This document shows, piece after piece, positions 13,691-27,100 of a DNA stretch of 64,000 nucleotides. The stretch comes from Ophelia neglecta (taxonomy: Eukaryota). Where the stretch lies: contig OZ260662.1 of assembly GCA_965285935.1 (NCBI GenBank), forward strand, positions 89,218,001 through 89,282,000, in the 5' to 3' direction. Position 1 is the first letter of the stretch. Each line of letters begins with the position of its first letter. The position numbers were made by a program, and so were the translations under genes. The notes below the pieces were generated by a model. The model made no database searches. It was not told the DNA's origin and saw only the letters and a list, made by a program, of their open reading frames with translations.

Positions 13691-14977
13691 GCATGAAGAT
13701 AGGCAGGTACGAGATTTAACTGGTCGACCAGAAACTCCAATATTGGGGGTTTTCTGATGCTCGACAGGGCCGTATGCAATGGACGGTAGGAACCATTTCT
13801 TAAATGATCAACATTATATCAACCCCTCATCAGCCTTTTTTAACATTTCACAGCCCTCTATCGATGGAAGTTGCTCTAGTTGGTGGCATACCAAGCAGTT
13901 CAATAGCCTTGCTCTTAATCCCCTACCACATTACAATGGATTGATTATAAAGATTTACTCCATTCAGGTCACGATACATTAAATAAGCAAACCACGTTTA
14001 GTCAATACTTAAGAAGTTAAGGACATTTGATGCACAATCATAATGCCTTATTTGCAAACTGTATTACGTTACTTAAACGCAAGTTTGTACACTCTCACTC
14101 TAAGCATTGTCTGATGTGTAGGATCAGTAAGTAATAACGGTATGTTTGTATGGTGCCGAGTTCTATATTTTAAAGATAATTGTATGTAAAACCTGATACA
14201 AAACTTCCGATACAAAACAGAAATTCGAGTTACAAGGTTACAAACGTAGTTTGTTATGTTTGCACAGGAAATTAAACTTTTCGGACACTTCGTTTTCTTA
14301 AACCAAGCCTAATGGTACCAAACTACTTCGTAAATTTGCAATACACACTGTCCACTTATGGTCTATTTGTCACGCAAAAAAATGAAGAATTTCGGGCGTT
14401 CATTAATGCTTTATTATTAATTAAAGTTTTCCATGAACATTTAATAGATTCAATAGGGTGTAAACTAGTGCTTCTGGAAGCCTCAGCTCATTTTGACAAT
14501 TAACGCCGAGTAAGCGACAAAGTTTTCAGAGTTAAGGCTAAAATACTTTTAAAGATATACGACGTTTACGATTGATTCATCATGAACATTAAATACGCGA
14601 TAGTGTTCACCCTTTTGTGTAATCCTAAATCAGTATATTGGCACTCAGTTCCTTCAACAGAAAACAATACCATGTCTTAATATTATATTCTAAATATTTC
14701 TAAATGTGCAATTCTATGAGTTGTTGAGTACTTCATATGATAAGAACTTGAATCAAAGCCGATCGCCGACCTGGCAAGGTATAATAAAGCTGCAGGTGGC
14801 ACAGACACACATAGAAGCCGGTACAAATGAAAACACAATTTCGAAAGTGCTTCTGATGAGTTACCACCTGTCGGTACTTATATTCATTTCATCAAAAATA
14901 AAATTCCTTGAATTCACCAAATACAATTCTCACCAGTTACAAGAACTTCTATCGATTTGTTTCCATCTAGAAACAAA

Positions 14978-15131
14978 ATGACTGGGACGGAAGACGTCTT
15001 CCTTGAGTTCTACCCGGGAAAACTGTCCAAGAGAAAGCCGCCTGTCATTGCAGTCATAGCAGGAACAATACTACTTATCATCACATTAACAGCTGTAATA
15101 GTGGCATTAATATTTTTACTGGACACCCAAG
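14978..15131 (+). CDS. Exon: short cytoplasmic tail plus signal-anchor transmembrane helix
   Basis: MTGTEDVFLEFYPGKLSKRKPP followed by VIAVIAGTILLIITLTAVIVALIFLL, with basic residues N-terminal to the helix. Acceptor at 14970, phase-1 donor. Confidence 0.8.
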
Positions 15132-18100
15132 GTACATTATAAAATTTATGAGTGCATTCTACGCGCTATTATATTTATCATATGCACACTATATTAATAA
15201 GGCGCCTCTCTTCTCCTCCTCCTACTCCTCCTTCTCCTCCTCCTTAAAAGTGATATCAAACTTATGTTTTCGTTAAATATTATTAGCATTTCAAGTTTAT
15301 ATATTGGTTGTGCGCTGGAGATTTAGGTATTGATGTAATTAGGCTGTGGCTGCTGGTTCCTGGTGAACTCGGACCGATTTAATGAATTGTTCTCGATGAA
15401 TGATTTGGCTTCATCTGCCGGGTATCACCTAATGTTTTTCATACTGTTATAGCATCGCATGTTACAGCTACACGAGTTCAGTTTAATAAAAGCGAGGCTG
15501 GTTAGTTTACAAAGTTAACATTTTACTGCCCTTTCTATGAGTTTTCCTCTTAGGGTACAAGGCTGTTTCACACTCTTCTCTTTTCTTGTCTTTATTGAGA
15601 CAATTAAATTCGCCTTCTGTCTTAAGATTACTGCAGATTAATCAACTCTTCTAAATTAATGCTATACTCTTAGGGGTACTGGCTTTTGTGTTTATAGGCC
15701 TGCATTTCGTGATTCTTTGTGATTTATTACCCCTTTAAGGTACTTTTCCTGATTAATATATTTGCTTTGTCTGTCGGGTATACACTCCTTTTTCCCCCAT
15801 ATAATATATTTAACAACAAAGTTAGCAGTATGCGATTTGTTTGTTGAAACATACTTTTGTGTTCTTGCAGATGAACCACCGAATATCCCAGGTAAGTTAA
15901 CACGCCACCTATCGGATACATTCTTGTATTCCAACATCTAATTACGAAGCGTTTACCATGCTGATTAATCATATGGGGAATGGTAAAAGTAATTAGGAAT
16001 AACGTTTTTCGTATCCGACTCACAAAATATGTTGCTGTATGTCCCTCCCCCCTCCCTCCTGATCAGAGGATCATTCTGAAAAAAAAATTGCCTTCACGGT
16101 GCAAAGAAAGTATTTTCGATGTTTTTGAATCTTCGCACCAACTGTTTGAGAAAAACATTAAGCAACTGTCAAAGTACATGAATAATCAAAAACTATAAGG
16201 TAACATTTTTCAATGTCTGAACAAAGTTCGAGCTAAACTTTCTTCGAATAACTATGAAAAGTCCTTTTAACGTCAGGGGACATTCTGAAAACAAACCTGA
16301 TGTTTGCCAGGGTAGATTGCTTGAGGTCACCTATATCTTCCTAACAAATGTTTTATGCAGATAGCAGTGCCCAGCATATCCATAATTAGTGGCGGCACAT
16401 CTTAATACACACGGACACTGAGTTTCGGACATGCAGGTCGGCTTCCTATAATGTTAGGGTGTTGCACTATACGAAAGTAATCGAACAATTTAGTATTGGT
16501 AGACTTCTGCATTATCTTGGAGGTGGCATAAATACCGACTTTAATTTTCTTGGTTCGACCGACTTATATTATCTTGTGGTTTTGGCGTCATTTTCTAACA
16601 TTCTTCCTCGTAGCTTTATTACGTCATGTGTTAGTACTGTCGTCATTTCCTTTTCTGTATATCCTCAATCTATCAAAGGTCAGTGGAATAAAGGGCCAAT
16701 TATATTAGCATTTAATGTATGAAATGTTACCTTAAACCTATATTGTACTGATATAATCAATCAGCAAAAACCTGTTTTTCTATTCCATTAATTAGTTTCT
16801 AATTTGACGAGAGTCGCCGATGGCTTACTCTATATCAAATGATATTTTTTTCTTTTTGGTTATAGTTATCGGAGAAATGAAGTTAGTGGATACTACTTTT
16901 ATTTCCGAATTTAATGACCTGTCTTCTGAGGAGTCTACGACTGTAACTTCTCCATTTTGTGCAGCAGTAAGACTACGTTTCATGCATATTTGTTTAGCTC
17001 TTTACTTCCACCACAATTGGCATTGACATCATAAAGTGTTTTATTTACACATGTTTTCTATACATCGTGTGGGATTTTTATATTTGCCGTGATATGTAAC
17101 ACGAAATACAAGTTAATGTTTCGTTCATTCAATTAATATTTGGTATTTCCGGGCAGGTTGCTCGTAGCATTAAAGACAGTAAAGACTTGAGTTTTCTGTA
17201 TGAAGACGACTGCATCGTGACCGAGTTAAGGTGAGCTTATCATGCAAGTGTATGGCACACGTCGTTTACATAATTGCGATTAGCTGAATTTATTTGCCTT
17301 AGTATCTCCACCTATGATCTTTTTAATCCAAGCAACATTGCAGCATTATGGCTTCCGTAAATCTCTCCTCATAAAAAACGAGACCTAATGTATTTCAATG
17401 TATAGAACAATCAGGTATATCGCCTGACTGCCTGCAATGTTACTGTGTAATAGCTAATATCTAATATATTTCTTTATACACGTACACCTGTGCTTTAAAA
17501 CTAAATTTATATTTCATATATGAAGATAAGTAGCCTGTCTAGTACTTAAGCAATACATGTTGATCGTGAATTGTCAATAGATAAGCCATACAAGTAGGAA
17601 CATATCCATGACGAATTTTTTAACTACAAATCTGAAGAAAATAAGTAAACATGGTTCCAAGTGGAATAATATTAGTTTTACGAAATATTTCTTCAGTTAG
17701 GTGTCTCTTGGGTGTGCGTAGTTATAATACGTAATGCTTTTGTAACAAAAACAGTGATCAAGCTATGTTGCAAAAGTGCTGCCCTGGGGTTCCAGGCAAT
17801 AATTTAAACATGGATGAACAAACCAATAGTGAAATGTGAGAAGTGTGTCAAACTTCCATAATTTCAGGGGCTTTTCCCAATATACTCAAGTCTCGAGGAA
17901 CCAGAAAGCACTTGTTTATGCTGTATATGCTTCTTCTGAGTCAATGAATAATCTTTGTTAACCTCGAGATATATATTGGATTTTTAAGGATTCCCACACA
18001 GTAGAATACGATTATCAAACTTTTATCATTATAATCAACAAATTGTTTTCTACTGGATAGTACCAAAGCCAACTCCACCTTTTGTGCAAAGGCCTTGGAA

Positions 18101-21100
18101 ATATCTAAAAATAAAAGGGCCAAGACACAGTTCCCATTGTCCAAAGCAATTGAAATGTTACTAAAAAGTGTAACTGCCAAATGCGTAGTTCTGTTCTAAA
18201 TCCATATTGTTAATTTCCAGCTGGTAAAATTACATATAATCTTATTGTTTTGGAGTAGGACACATAATAAGATGTCGCTGGTATAATGATAAAAGGACCA
18301 CATTTTCGGAAATACTCTGGCAACTACGATTTTTTACATTGTTGTTAGGCATTTGAGCTTTAAAAATGACCAGCATATCCAGCATAACCGTCGTATGACA
18401 TAGTAGAAATAGGCACATATAAAATATTCTGTTCTTTAGATGATAATAGAAGGCAAATAAACTTAACTTTTCAAACTCGAATGTTATCAAATTATTCAGA
18501 CGACGATGTAATATTCAAGGTCGCCATCATTCGACCTATCAAAAATATATATGGTTAAATAACTTTGGTACTCTTAATAATTAAAGTAATAAGACGTAAG
18601 AAAATATATTGTTTGATATTTTCATAATCAACTGCTTGTCCCTTTTTCCCTAGCAGGCCGACATTTGACAAATATTAAATTACTGACATAAATTTACAAT
18701 ATTTATTTTAAAAATCAAGAAATACACTTTACTTCTAAAATTAATCGTCGGCTATCTTATCCTTTCCTGGTTGGCTGTCATGTAACAATGCAAAACATAA
18801 ATAACCTAATGTTATATCAAATATATATATTCCTGTACGACAACTTTTCAATTACAGAGCAGGAAGCGTCATTGTGGTGTTTACGGTGTCGTTCCGAGAT
18901 GATGGTACGCCACCAGAAACACTCGCCACTGACACACAGACGGCAATCGAAGTTCAAATCGGCAAAGGTGCTGACGGAGCTTTCAGTGAGTTGGGCAACG
19001 TCACAATTATCAGCATTTATCCCGAAGCAACGACAACAGTAGCACCGACTACGACAGAAACCAGGCATACGGATACCGTGACGTTCTCTAACAGCCCATC
19101 AGTTAAAGGTTTGAAAACGCAATATATTTTACCAGCTTTTGAAAAATATAAAAGAAGATAATCAATTGCACATTCTAGATGCATATTATAAAACCGTATT
19201 TTAACTTTGTGCTGGATCTCACGTGGCGGGATGAAAACATGCAAGAGAAAAGAAACGAGAAATTTGACGGGAAAGTTTCTTATACAGGAGATAAATTTGC
19301 GTCACAAAGAATATCGCTCAGTGACGTAGTAATGCTCGCCAGTTGAAAATGCTATGATGCCATCAACAGTTTGGAACTACAGGATATTCACTGTTACTAT
19401 CTCCATTTATAGAAGTCTCTGTGTAAAAGTCTACAATATATGGCAGCACTGTATGTAGGGTTGATAACGCAAAGCGTCGGTTATTAAGTTATTAAAGTCC
19501 ATACCTTGACCAATGACGCGACACAAATTACTTGGAAATCACTTAGTCCTTTCTAATTCCTTTGTATTTGGTTTGTTAAACAAATTTTAAAACGCCATTA
19601 TGCTATTTAGGCAGATGCTGTATGTCAGATGTATGCTGACATGGATCAAGAGTCATTTTCATTGAGTCAGTATGAAATCTTTCGAATGGAAATATCGTTT
19701 TGGTTTTTACGTCATCATTGAAAAGGAATATAATGCATATTCTTACTACATTCCAACTGGCAAAGTAAACTTAAATATTGTATATCCTTATATATAATAT
19801 ATCCTGGAATTGAAATTAATTTAGTTGAAAAATCAAAAAAAAACGAATGCACTGCACCAAATGTTCACTTAAACTCATCATTGGGGATATGAGATGTGAT
19901 ACTTTAATAATTCAGTTTGCTGAATAATTGGTTCCTGTTTACTGAAGTATTGGAATAAAGGCGAGGTTTTAGCACTTTGGAACCTGAGCACCGATAGTGT
20001 TAGCTGTTAAATGTTCCAATAGTTTTGGGTAAAGATGCGCGATAACTAATATTACAGTTTGTTTTTTTGTTGAAGAAATGTCCACAGCAGGAAGCCCCGA
20101 GGTTTCCGGTACTTCATTGCGTAAACAGGCCCTGGAGTCCACCAGCTATGACACTACAGCTCTCGGACCTACTATCAAACCTACAACTATTGGTGAGTTT
20201 CGTATGTGCGTGGCTGAAAATCATGATACATATATAATAATAATTTTGTGTAATGCATGACATCGAAATTATACATTAGGTACGTCTAGTATTTCTCGGA
20301 ATTATTTTTCAGGATATGTTAATTGTACCAATTTCATATGCCATCCTGCAAAGATTCGACGGGTGTGAATGTATTCCAGGTACAACTGGTGTATACTTGT
20401 TTATTTGGAACATTGGCACCGCTAGTGTTACCGGTTAAATGTTCCAATTGGCTTGCCTAAAGATGCGCGATAATTAATAATACAATTTGAATTCTTGTAG
20501 AAAAAATTTCCACAGCGGGAAGCCCCGAGGTTTCCGGTATTCATTGGGTAAACAGGCCCTGGAGTCAACCAGCTATGACACTACAGCTCGCGGACCTACT
20601 ATCAAACCTACAACTATTGGTGAGTTTCGTATGTGCGTGGCTGAAAATCATGATACATATATAATAATAATTTTGTGTAATGCATGACATCGAAATTATA
20701 CATTAGGTACGTCTAGTATTTCTCGGAATTATTTTTCAGGATATGTTGATTGTACCAATTTCATATGCCATCCTGCAAAGATTCGACGGGTGTGAATGTA
20801 TTCCAGGCACAACTGGTGTATACTTGTTTATTTGGAACATTGGCACCGCTAGTGTTACCGGTTAAATGTTCCAATTGGCTTGCCTAAAGATGCGCGATAA
20901 TTAATATTACAATTTGAATTCTTGTAGAAGAAATTTCCACAGCGGGAAGCCCCGAGGTTTCCGGTACTTCATTGGGTAAACAGGCCCTGGAGTCAACCAG
21001 CTATGACACTACAGCTCTCGGACCTACTATCAAACCTACAACTATTGGTGAGTTTCGTATGTGCGTGGCTGAAAATCATGATACATATATAATAATAATT

Positions 21101-24100
21101 TTGTGTAATGCATGACATCGAAATTATACATTAGGTACGTCTAGTATTTCTCGGAATTATTTTTCAGGATATGTTGATTGTACCAATTTCATATGCCATC
21201 CTGCAAAGATTCGACGGGTGTGAATGTATTCCAGGCACAACTGGTGTATACTTGTTTATTTGGAACATTGGCACCGCTAGTGTTACCGGTTAAATGTTCC
21301 AATTGGCTTGCCTAAAGATGCGCGATAATTAATATTACAATTTGAATTCTTGTAGAAGAAATTTCCACAGCGGGAAGCCCCGAGGTTTCCGGTACTTCAT
21401 TGGGTAAACAGGCCCTGGAGTCAACCAGCTATGACACTACAGCTCGCGGACCTACTATCAAACCTACAACTATTGGTGAGTTTCGTATGTGCGTGGCTGA
21501 AAATCATGATACATATATAATAATAATTTTGTGTAATGCATGACATCGAAATTATACATTAGGTACGTCTAGTATTTCTCGGAATTATTTTTCAGGATAT
21601 GTTGATTGTACCAATTTCATATGCCATCCTGCAAAGATTCGACGGGTGTGAATGTATTCCAGGCACAACTGGTGTATACTTGTTTATTTGGAACATTGGC
21701 ACCGCTAGTGTTACCGGTTAAATGTTCCAATTGGCTTGCCTAAAGATGCGCGATAATTAATATTACAATTTGAATTCTTGTAGAAGAAATTTCCACAGCG
21801 GGAAGCCCCGAGGTTTCCGGTACTTCATTGGGTAAACAGGCCCTGGAGTCAACCAGCTATGACACTACAGCTCGCGGACCTACTATCAAACCTACAACTA
21901 TTGGTGAGTTTCGTATGTGTGTGGACAAAATTATGGTATCAAATATGATAAAACTTTTAATGTAATGCATGTCATCGATATTATACAATAAGTACGTCTA
22001 GTATTTCTCGGGATTTCATTTTTCAGAATATACTGACTGTAACAATATAATGTGCCAAAATAATGGTTCCTGTAATGATTCCACAAACCAGTTTGTGTGT
22101 GAATGTATTCCAGGTACAACCGGTGTATACTGTGAAATAGGTTGGTAAATTATTGACTGATTCTTTGATTAATTAATTGACATATTTTTACATCTGGTAT
22201 GTACTAATACTTATGTCTGTCTATTAAAGTCTCCGTAAATGAAGTTAATATGAAAGAGAAATAGTTTTTACCATAATGGAGCAAACATAATAATTGACTT
22301 AGCCATATTAGTTTCAACTTCTGTGAATTAAGAAAACGTGTCGTTCAATGTGTTGGGAAAATTTACTGTGTATCCAGTATTGATACAAGTCATTATGCAG
22401 GGCCATATTCGTGACAAATGCTTCATTTAAATGGAAAAATGCATCGAAAATCAAAGCCAACAAATGCCAATGTCAAGGTACCGAAAAAGTACTAAATAAA
22501 TATGCCTACAGGAAAGTATCTGCGCTTTGCCTCAAAGAAAACAAAGCGCACAAAGCCTGTTAAAATATCAAATGACCTTAAGGTTTGATGAACTTGACCC
22601 AAAATTGCCCCCAACTAATGCCTATGGTAATTTAACAATCATCTTTACTACCTGGAAACAAACCCCAGTTGAAAATCCTTGTCATTGAAGTGTCATAGGC
22701 GGGGACATTTGAACTTTCATCTTTGAAAGTAAAGCATTTTGGATAGATTTGTCATTTGATTTTGAAAAACGTGCCAGACTTTGGCCCCAGACTGGCCGTA
22801 AGCGCACATAAGTCCACGCATAAACTGATATTTTGCCCCAGTTATGTTGTTCGTTAATACACAATGGTTTCAGTCTGCACAACAAAGGTCATGTTTACCT
22901 TTACGCTAATTTATAAAGCTGCGTTTTACCCACACGTTGATTGTATGATCCTGACCTTTACCTTTGAATTAGGAGATTCGCCTTCCAAATTATCCCAATC
23001 CCCCCCCTACATATTGGCATTTCTACTGCCATTGTGCGGTCTATGGGAATATATATCAAAAACATTTATTTAAGGTCCGCCAACCTGTGTTTTGTTGTTT
23101 TGTCACAGTAATTACTTTAAATAACTATTATTTTTCTCTAATCACTGATTCTAATTCAAATGAGAAGCCGAACTATTCACAAAAAATAAATGTGTTGTAT
23201 TAATAATGAATGAATATTACTACGCTCCGCCATATATACTGCAGTGTTCCTTCCGCAGTCACCCTGGTAAAAACTTCCGCTAAGTAGGCAGGTTTCAAAA
23301 TGACTGTCTCGTCCTTAATCATTAAGTAAACCGAGCCTTGTATATGAGATAGCGGTTCAAGTAGTATCTTGAATGTGTGGCTTTGTTTTTAGCACATTGA
23401 ACAAGTTTATAGTCTTGTTATAAGTACATCAATCCGGAGCTCACGAGCTGGAGAAGTCCAGCTTGCGATACACACATCTGATTTGGGAGTCGACGCTTTA
23501 CTTTGTATTATGTACCTGATATCCATTGCCAAAAACATTAATATTTTAAACGTCATTTATTGAACTACATACGCCTAAATCTGTTTAGAATTTGCGTCAA
23601 ATAAAAATGTAAATTTCGTTTCAAGCAAATCTCCGGTATATTCTGGGTACCAGCGCTTCAAATAAACAGCTTGTTGGACAGCGGGGAAAATTAGTAGTGA
23701 TGTACTTTGATGTATATAAAGTCAAGCTGTGCTTGAATTGTACAATTGCCCTAAAATGAAAGATGAAAGGGTTAAATTCGGGCTGTATGAAACAACAAAA
23801 TAACGAATGATACAATTTGTGCAAAATCATATATTTTTGTCACTCCGAAGGCATCATTAATGAAAGATTCCCTTGGTCAACAGCCACCAATAGTCGAGTC
23901 TCACAATATATGATATTGCAGATATTGCATAATTTGTTTTTGTATTTCTATTCTATGTAAGATTAAATGATAAAGCATATTTAGCAAGATCGTCTCTCGC
24001 CTAATATTTTGACTTAGTTTGAATATTTATAAAAAATATAATAAATTAATTAATCACCCTTTTTGTATAAGAAATACATCAATATTGTTTGAATTTGCGC

Positions 24101-27100
24101 GAAACTGCGATTAACATATCTAATGTTGGCTTTATTGCTTTTATTTACTATTGACTTCAGAAATAATACACTGTGAAGAGAATAACATCATTTGTGAAAA
24201 TAGCGGGACGTGTAGAGATACAGCGGACGGATTTGTTTGTGATTGTCTTCCCTTGTTTGTTGGAACCTACTGCGAAGATGGTAAAATGACAGCAACTCGA
24301 TTACTTATATTTAAAGGCATTATTATGTATTCATCGTTTGATAACCCAAATTAAATGAAACAATGTATCGTTATCAGCATACAGCCCCTGTGAACCAAGC
24401 CCCTGCCAGAATGGTGGAACGTGTTCTCATGATGGAAAAACAGCAACTTGTTACTGTGCCTTGTGTGGATGTGCAGATGAAGTCATGGGAGAATTCTGTG
24501 AAAATGGTAAAACCAGTCGAATCAAGTCCGAGACTACCTTAAAAATATTTTCTGGAGATTATCAAGCTTTAAGAGTTCTAGTAGTTATTCTATTGACTAA
24601 AACGACTGAATACGAAATACATCAGCGGTATCGGGAACTTCGATAAGCTTAATCTAATAAAGCTACGTGTAGAAGTATCATGAGCTCTAAGTTCATGACT
24701 TTCAGGAATTATTTCATTGGGTGAAATTCCCGAAACACTTTCTCCCAGAAACAGTAAGTTCAGGAGTTATTTAATTGGTATAAACTCCTGCATGTAACTC
24801 CTCGACAATGGAATGATTCGTATTTACATAGAAAATACCGGCCATACGCCCTTATCATTACGCACAGCTTCCATATAAACCATGAAAATGGATTTATTTG
24901 GCATCTTAGACTGTAAATTTACAGATCTGGTGAATTGTAACATAGACGATGGCTATTACCCTGACCCTGACGACTGTACAAAATGGAATAGATGTTTTAA
25001 CGGCGCGCTCATTGACTCGGATAACTGCACAGAGGGACAAGTAGCCTCACCAGAACCATTATTGAAGTGTGAATATGAGGGTTCCGTCAGCTGTGCCTCT
25101 GATGTTATTATACCCACACAGCGTAGGTCTCCTTTATATAATAGATTCAGATTCGTACCATACTGGCAGTTTTGTACTCTACAGATAATGACAAAACTAA
25201 TACTAAAGACCAACACAATTACCGCTCACTGTTATATGTTTTCCCACAACTATGTTAATGGAGTAATGATGGTAATATTAAAGAACCATCTGTAGGGGGT
25301 TTCTTTTATTGGAAACAAGGCAGTTATTTACAACGCCACAAATAAAGATGTTTTACGGAATTGCTTCTAAATAATCGAGGAAGGCAGTGCAGTTACCCTT
25401 TTCTAGGCGTGTGACAGCAGACCTTTGTGATTAAAAACGCCCAGAGGGACATTAAATCATCAGAAAACATCAGTTAATACAGTCTTAAATTATTTGAGGT
25501 ACATCTTCTTTTAACAAATATGAAGGCATATAAGTGAAATTCTAAATGCGCCTAACGATTTTGCTGTAAATACAGCACCAGTTTTAAGTTGCCTCGACGT
25601 CACCTGTGAAAATGCAGCGACTTGTGATGACACTGTGGCCGGCTATATGTGTGTATGTCCGTCCGGCTTTACTGGAAGATTATGTGAAAGTGGAAAGTTT
25701 CCTATTTGGATATGCGTGCTACATGTGTAAAGGATTATCACATCCGCCAATCCCAAAATACTAGGGTAGGACAATCTCGTACATGGAAATTCTACAGTTT
25801 GGTTAGACCGGAGGACGTTATATACCAGCATTTCCAGACGTGTTCCCAATTAAGAAAAGAGGCTCCTGGGTTGAGGCAAGGGTTAGTATAGGACTCCTAT
25901 GTGACCTTTCAAACAGGGGATTTCCAACAGGGTCTCTGTATTCGGCGCTGCGTTCATGGCGCTGTTTGTTTAGCGTTATTGCACTTGCCCGCATTGTGAG
26001 CGGCAACTGGGACAGCGGAGTGCCGAATAACGGGAGCGCATCCAATACGCATATACCATGCAGTACACTTAAATATATATAATTTCCAAAGTCTAATGCA
26101 TGTTTCTAGGTTTTCATTTATGAAAAGCAATAACGATGTCTGGTAATCTTGACAATGGTATTAGCCTTGACGAGGAGGATTTCGAGTCCATTACCTGTGA
26201 CCAACGGAAATATGACCAAGAAACCGAAACGAGGACGGCTACTCTTAGCAGTCAAGAGATCACATCAAATAACTCACCTTGGGATCTCGACTCCGATAAC
26301 CAAATGCAAACAAGTGATCTGACAAAACTGTTGGATATGAGTGGGTTACCTCGCGACACTCTTGTAGCACGATTACTAGAGTCTAACACCGAGGACGACC
26401 TCCTGGCGCTCCGGAATGATCTGCATCCTAAAGCGCGCGAATCACCTCTCTGTCCTGAAGGTAGTCTAGTAGGACGCAGGAGACCGAGGACAGGTGCTGG
26501 GGAACCAATAAATCTGAAGTTAGCCAAGGACTGCTATGCCCTGATCCTGTTTATTAAGGATGGCTTGCCTGACCAGATACGGGACATCATTAATTCTAAA
26601 GTGCCGTTCTCCGCCAGAGATGAGAGTAGGCCTCTGAGTCAGCTCCAATCACAATCTGAAAATAACGAACAAGCACGGAACGGCGCTGTAAATGATCTGA
26701 TAAATGGTTTAGACATAGACCGTTTTGCTTTAATAATGTCAGAGATTCATGAACTAAAAGAGCGTGTTCAAGAGCTCAATGTAGAAAACAAAGAGTTAAA
26801 AAGTATAATTCAGAAACTGGAACTTTACACAAACACGTCTAACATTGAAGCCCATTTAGTGAAAAATTATCTTGAAAGCGTAGATAATGTAAACGCTGTC
26901 ACCATCGAAAATGAAGATGAGCCTAATTCTTCCATAACTAATTCGCCACAAAACGACATTCACGATTCGTTTAGACTCCTGACAAATTGGGCAAGTGATG
27001 ACAGTAGTATGGCAATAAAGAAAACACCAAAGGACACGAAAAGAGTGTTTGACTCCATCAAAGATGTTAAATCGAATCTAGCTAGGGAATCTTACACCCG

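Noticed and set aside
14770-14830. TATA-like box and short 5' UTR exon for paralog B
   Set aside because: Plausible given the acceptor at 14970, but such motifs are common in AT-rich DNA, and TSS data are needed.
19975-22131. CRISPR-like or satellite array
   Set aside because: Units are 428-bp near-identical exon+intron duplicates with no unique spacers, in a eukaryotic context.
22360-23090. Possible DNA transposon/Helentron relic with TGACCTT motifs
   Set aside because: No termini or TSD could be defined by eye.
25706-26082. ORFs in the intron before the LINE (also 34425, 41593, 48838) and a cryptic exon at 1168-1205
   Set aside because: Frames are not conserved between copies. The cryptic exon is asymmetric in phase, and its GT is GC in paralog B.
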